From Eubacteriales bacterium (GTDB lineage: Bacteria; Bacillota; Clostridia; Oscillospirales; CAG-382), in NCBI GenBank assembly GCA_045652245.1, contig JAZRTY010000033.1:75863-139862 (forward strand): 64,000 nucleotides of DNA, written 5' to 3'. The position numbers and the translations under genes are program-made. This document shows, piece by piece, positions 58,782 through 64,000 of this stretch. The notes under the pieces are model-generated. The model did no database searches and was not told where the DNA came from. It worked only from the letters and a program-made list of their open reading frames with translations. Each line of letters opens with the position of its first letter. The first letter of the stretch is position 1.

Positions 58782-59981
58782 TTAAATCTTTGTAAGAAGT
58801 CTGTCTATATATTGTCTCGCAGCACGTGCAGAACGTCCACCACGTTCAAGTGCGTACCTTTCAGCACCAAATTCAAGCTCATCTGCGCTGATTTCAATGC
58901 CATTATCACTTGCAAGATGGCGAACAATATCGAGATATGTATTCTTATCGGGCTTTTGAAAGTTAACTCTTATTCCGAAGCGTTCAGAAAGCGATATAAG
59001 TTCCTGCATTGTATCGTTACGATGCACATCATCACCGTCTCTGTCAGAGAAACTCTCTTTAACAAGGTGACGTCTGTTGCTTGTTGCGTAAATTACAACA
59101 TTTTTTGTTTTTGCAGAAACCGAGCCTTCAAGAATAGCTTTAAGTGAACTGTAATTATCATCGTCCTTCTTAAAGGACAAGTCATCGATAAACAGTATAA
59201 ACTTGAGTGGATTACTGCCAAGTTCATCGAGAATTGCCGGTATTTCACGCAGCTGTTCCTTTCGTACTTCTATAATACGAAGTCCCATATTATAATACTC
59301 GTTAACAACTGCTTTAATAGTCGAGGACTTACCCGTTCCTGCGTCACCTGTAAGAAGAATGTTCGCAGCAGGCTTACCGGAAAGAAGCGCAAGTGTATTA
59401 TCAATTATAATCTTCTGCTCATCTTTATAATCAATAAGTTCGGAAAGCCTTGTAGAATCGGGATTTATAACAGGAATAATAGTATTATCACTTCCAATGT
59501 AGAACATATGGTAATTTGTGTAGATGCCGTAACCGTATTTTTGAATATTATTTACTCTGTTAAAATACTCGTCTTTAATATTGGATTTTTTAACTGTAAA
59601 TTTCGGCAAAAAGTCATACTTCTTCAGACTATCTAAAATCAGGTCATCCGAAGATAAATCAGCAATTTCCTGAAGAATATCAAGCTCACGATTAACAGTA
59701 AAAAGCATTTCATCTTTTACAAAAACACCCTTACCAACGGTTGTAACATAAATGTTCTCATCGTAATTTACAATTCTCTGAATGTAATCTGAAAGATTAT
59801 CTGAACCCGAATTAAACAACGTACTTACAAGATCAGCATAAAGAGAAACAGCGTCACTTTCATCGCAAAAAGTATATTCAGAAAGATATTTCGTTAGCTT
59901 CTCAAGTACCTTGTCACAAAGTAGATTTCTGAAAATAGTGAGAGAATTTATCTTAATAAGTAATAATTTTAAATTTTCCAT
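58782..59981 (-). CDS. AAA+ ATPase, DUF815 family
   Basis: LLTGDAGTGKSSTIKAV and LFIDDLSF. The ATG at 59981 lies 1 nt after the ilvD stop. The longer ORF-track start would overlap ilvD by 89 nt. Confidence 0.7.
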   Translation of the reverse strand: MENLKLLLIKINSLTIFRNLLCDKVLEKLTKYLSEYTFCDESDAVSLYADLVSTLFNSGSDNLSDYIQRIVNYDENIYVTTVGKGVFVKDEMLFTVNRELDILQEIADLSSDDLILDSLKKYDFLPKFTVKKSNIKDEYFNRVNNIQKYGYGIYTNYHMFYIGSDNTIIPVINPDSTRLSELIDYKDEQKIIIDNTLALLSGKPAANILLTGDAGTGKSSTIKAVVNEYYNMGLRIIEVRKEQLREIPAILDELGSNPLKFILFIDDLSFKKDDDNYSSLKAILEGSVSAKTKNVVIYATSNRRHLVKESFSDRDGDDVHRNDTMQELISLSERFGIRVNFQKPDKNTYLDIVRHLASDNGIEISADELEFGAERYALERGGRSARAARQYIDRLLTKI

Positions 59982-59982
59982 A

Positions 59983-61638
59983 TCAGTTAAGTATAGCCCC
60001 CGAAGCTCCGCTTGAAACGAGAGCTGCATAACGCTTAAGATATCCGGAGAGCTGTTTTTGCTTCGGAACAAACTTCTTCATTCTCAGTTCAAGCTCCTGT
60101 TCGGATACTTTTAGTTCAATCTTATTATTTGGAATATCAATACTGATAATATCCCCTTCTTCTACTACACCGATTACACCACCACTTGCAGCCTCTGGTG
60201 AAACGTGACCAATACAAGCACCACGAGTAGCGCCACTAAAACGACCGTCAGTAATAAGTGCAACACTGTTTCCAAGCCCCATGCCCATAATAGCAGAGGT
60301 AGGATTAAGCATTTCACGCATACCGGGACCACCCTTCGGGCCCTCATATCTGATAACTACAACATCACCCGGGTTAATTTTGCCGGCATTAATTGCAGCC
60401 TGCGCATCTTCCTCACATTCAAATACTCTTGCAGGACCTTCATGAACAAGCATTTCAGGCAAAACTGCAGAACGTTTAACAACACTTCCGTCAGGCGCAA
60501 GGTTACCACGAAGAACAGCAATTCCACCGGTTTCGGAGAAAGGATTTTCAATAGGTCTTATTACATCGTAATTTTTGTTTGTACAGTTTTCTATATTTTC
60601 GCCGACAGTTTTTGTAGTAACAGTAATGCAATCGGTTTTGAGCAAATTCTTTTTAGAGAGCTCATTCATAACGGCGTACACACCACCTGCCTCATCAAGC
60701 TCCTCCATATAAGTTCTTCCTGCCGGAGCCAAATGACAAAGATTCGGGGTCCTTGCACTGATTTCATTTGCAATATCAAGGTTTATTTCAATTCCGCATT
60801 CGTGAGCAATAGCAGGCAGATGAAGCATACTGTTAGTCGAACAACCAAGTGCCATATCAACAGTCAAAGCATTGTAGAATGCCTCTTTTGTCATAATATC
60901 ACGTGGTTTTATATCTTTTTTTACAAGCTCCATTATTTGCATTCCTGCTCTTTTAGCAAGCTCAATTCTCTGAGAATATACAGCGGGGATTGTTCCGTTA
61001 CCACGAAGTCCCATACCAAGGGCTTCCGTCAAACAGTTCATTGAATTCGCTGTATACATACCCGAACAGGAACCACAGGTCGGACAGGTTTTACATTCAT
61101 ATTCACAAAGCTTTTCTTCATCAATTTTTCCGGCATTAAACTGACCTACAGCTTCGGATATTGATGAAAAGCTTGTTTTTTGTCCGTCGATGTGACCTGC
61201 AAGCATAGGTCCGCCACTTACAAAAATTGTCGGAATATTCAGACGCGCCGCAGCCATAAGAAGTCCCGGAACATTCTTATCACAGTTTGGCACCATAACA
61301 AGTGCATCAAAACCGTGAGCAAGAGCCATAGCCTCGGTTGAATCGGCTATAAGGTCACGTGTTACGAGTGAATACTTCATACCGGTGTGTCCCATTGCAA
61401 TTCCGTCACAAACGGCAATTGCCGGAAAAACAATCGGAGTACCACCTGCCATAGCAACACCGAGCTTTACTGCGTCAACGATTTTATCAATATTTATGTG
61501 ACCGGGTACAATTTCGTTATATGAGCTAACAATTCCTATCATGGGTCTTTCTATTTCCTCATTTGTTAGACCAATAGCATGATATAAAGCTCTGTGAGGA
61601 GCGTTTTGTGTCCCCAATTTTAAAGAATCACTTTTCAT
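59983..61638 (-). CDS. ilvD: Dihydroxy-acid dehydratase
   Basis: PNCDKNVPG. Fe-S Cys ligands. 551 aa. Confidence 0.95.
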   Translation of the reverse strand: MKSDSLKLGTQNAPHRALYHAIGLTNEEIERPMIGIVSSYNEIVPGHINIDKIVDAVKLGVAMAGGTPIVFPAIAVCDGIAMGHTGMKYSLVTRDLIADSTEAMALAHGFDALVMVPNCDKNVPGLLMAAARLNIPTIFVSGGPMLAGHIDGQKTSFSSISEAVGQFNAGKIDEEKLCEYECKTCPTCGSCSGMYTANSMNCLTEALGMGLRGNGTIPAVYSQRIELAKRAGMQIMELVKKDIKPRDIMTKEAFYNALTVDMALGCSTNSMLHLPAIAHECGIEINLDIANEISARTPNLCHLAPAGRTYMEELDEAGGVYAVMNELSKKNLLKTDCITVTTKTVGENIENCTNKNYDVIRPIENPFSETGGIAVLRGNLAPDGSVVKRSAVLPEMLVHEGPARVFECEEDAQAAINAGKINPGDVVVIRYEGPKGGPGMREMLNPTSAIMGMGLGNSVALITDGRFSGATRGACIGHVSPEAASGGVIGVVEEGDIISIDIPNNKIELKVSEQELELRMKKFVPKQKQLSGYLKRYAALVSSGASGAILN

Positions 61639-61681
61639 TGTTTTCCTCCGTAAGAAAAGTTAATTATAGAATAAAAATTCA

Positions 61682-61704
61682 AGGGGAATGACAAGCATTC
61701 CCCT
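61682..61704 (-). terminator. Hairpin after ilvC (terminator or attenuator)
   Basis: AGGGGAATG / CATTCCCCT, with a T-rich tail on the minus strand. Confidence 0.55.
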
Positions 61705-61712
61705 ATTATAGA

Positions 61713-62747
<1,035 letters not shown>

Positions 62748-62761
62748 TTAAAGTTTAAAAT

Positions 62762-63268
62762 TTATAAATATGAAACACGTCTTATACTGGTCGCACCTTT
62801 TTCAAGGCAGACAACACCGGTCCTACATATTTCAATAATTGTATAGTCCTTCATAAGGCTTATAAAATCGTCAATTCTTTTACTGTCAGCGGTAAGCTGA
62901 AACATCATGCTGTCCCTTGTGTAATCAACAATTTGAGCATTAAAAGCATCAGCTGCGGCACGGACGTCTTCTCTGTTTTTAGGATTATTTTCCATTTTTA
63001 TGAGCAAAAGCTCACTGCTGATAGTATCGTCAGAGCTGAGCTCCTTAATGGAATATACATCCGATAGCTTATAAAGCTGTTCGATAAGCTGGTTTTTTGT
63101 TGTCTCCTCACCCTCCGAAATGACTGTAATTCTTGAATAATCCGGAGATTCGGTTTCGCTAACTGTAAGTGAATTAATATTAAATTGTCTTCGTCTGAAC
63201 ATACTTGTAACCCGATTAAGTACTCCTGATTGGTTATTTACAAGAACTGCTACCGTAAATCTCTTCAC
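62762..63268 (-). CDS. ilvN: Acetolactate synthase small (regulatory) subunit
   Basis: ACT domain VLVNNQSGVLNRVTSMFRRRQFNINSLTV. Confidence 0.9.
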   Translation of the reverse strand: MKRFTVAVLVNNQSGVLNRVTSMFRRRQFNINSLTVSETESPDYSRITVISEGEETTKNQLIEQLYKLSDVYSIKELSSDDTISSELLLIKMENNPKNREDVRAAADAFNAQIVDYTRDSMMFQLTADSKRIDDFISLMKDYTIIEICRTGVVCLEKGATSIRRVSYL

Positions 63269-63270
63269 TG

Positions 63271-64000
63271 TCAGTCACCTACCTTTACAATTATATCATC
63301 CATCGAACCTCCCGGAGGAAGCATCGGAAGCACAAACTCATCCTTGTCAATTAAACACTCAATAAGATAAACACCATCATATGCAACTGCATTCTTCAAT
63401 GCAGTATCAAGTTTATCCAAGCTATCAACTCTTTCGCCACCTGCTCCAAAAGCACCTGCAAGAAGAACAAAATCTGTCTTACGCTCAAGAACAGTGTTAG
63501 AATAATGCCCTTCAAAGAAAAGCGTCTGCCATTGACGTACCATTCCGAGAACACCGTTATTCATGAGTAAAATAACAAGCGGTACATTATTTGTAACAGC
63601 AGTTGCAAGCTCGGCAAGACACATTCCAAAGCTTCCGTCACCCGTTACAAGCACAGTTCTTTCTCCCGTGCCGAAATAAGCTCCGATTGCAGCCCCCATT
63701 CCAAACCCCATTGTTCCAAGACCGCCACTTGAAATAAATTTTCTTGGCTTGGAAAATTCAGCATTTTGTGCAGTCCACATCTGATGCTGACCAACATCTG
63801 TTGCAATTGGTGTGTTTTCGTTTGTAAATCTGTTAAGAGTCTTTATAATGTTCTTTGGTGTAAAATCGCTATTTTCTATGCTGGCTTTAAGCTCGTCATG
63901 TTTATATTTATTTACCTCTTTTTTCCAGGCGTCATTACTGCGCTTTTTAATAAGAGGCAAGAGCCTTTGCAGTGTCAGCTTAAGATCTCCTCTCATTGCG
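63271..64000 (-). CDS. ilvB: Acetolactate synthase large subunit, C-terminal part; the gene continues beyond the window
   Basis: ThDP-binding motif GGLGTMGFGMGAAIGA...GDGSF. The frame is open to the window edge. Confidence 0.9.
   Translation of the reverse strand, partial: AMRGDLKLTLQRLLPLIKKRSNDAWKKEVNKYKHDELKASIENSDFTPKNIIKTLNRFTNENTPIATDVGQHQMWTAQNAEFSKPRKFISSGGLGTMGFGMGAAIGAYFGTGERTVLVTGDGSFGMCLAELATAVTNNVPLVILLMNNGVLGMVRQWQTLFFEGHYSNTVLERKTDFVLLAGAFGAGGERVDSLDKLDTALKNAVAYDGVYLIECLIDKDEFVLPMLPPGGSMDDIIVKVGD

Noticed and set aside
59982-60071. Upstream extension of the DUF815 ORF (start at 60071)
   Set aside because: It would overlap the ilvD 3' end by 89 nt. The in-frame ATG at 59981, immediately after the ilvD stop, gives a normal N-terminus.
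60205-61044. Long antisense ORFs inside well-supported genes, for example 60205..61044 in ilvD, 20523..20963 in uxaA, 2816..3199 in mcrB and 47339..47836 across phoH
   Set aside because: These are shadow frames opposite highly conserved coding sequences, with no independent motifs or translation signals.

Overview
The window looks like a low-GC Firmicutes chromosome from a Clostridia-type endospore former. All assignments come from reading motifs by eye; no search or HMM was run.

From about 16.1 kb to 64 kb the sequence is conserved backbone, mostly on the minus strand. It carries cotJA-cotJB-cotJC, uxaB-uxaA, coaD-rsmD-uvrC, ptsH, trmD-rimM, ligA, yunB, argF and type III glutamine synthetase. 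It continues with tRNA-Gln, rhaA-rhaB, mutS2, recO, a ybeY-era fusion, phoH, yqfC-yqfD, eda, nusB, xseA-xseB-ispA, tRNA-Leu and ilvB-N-C-D.

From 1 to about 16.1 kb the DNA is visibly more AT-rich and accessory. It ends with a large serine recombinase gene that points at a 3'-truncated cotJC. This suggests a skin-like element inserted in a sporulation gene, with its left end outside the window.

The cargo of this element is:
- A partial P-loop NTPase with an S1-like tail.
- One tightly packed eight-gene co-directional cluster: mcrB-like, mcrC-like, an EcsC-like/ArsC-Spx fusion, a metallophosphoesterase, a flavin reductase, a TcmP-like methyltransferase-fold protein, a radical-SAM-like protein with an atypical CX3CX3C motif, and a zinc-ribbon protein with a HEPN-type RNxxxH motif.
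- A 1.3 kb non-coding region. It holds phased direct repeats, a consensus promoter, two tandem terminators, and an array of about 9-10 degenerate units that each keep a hairpin with covarying stems.
- A catalytically degenerate resolvase-like gene.

The best candidates for an undescribed system are the TcmP / three-Cys / HEPN trio and its upstream redox and phosphatase genes, the hairpin array, and the split cotJC.
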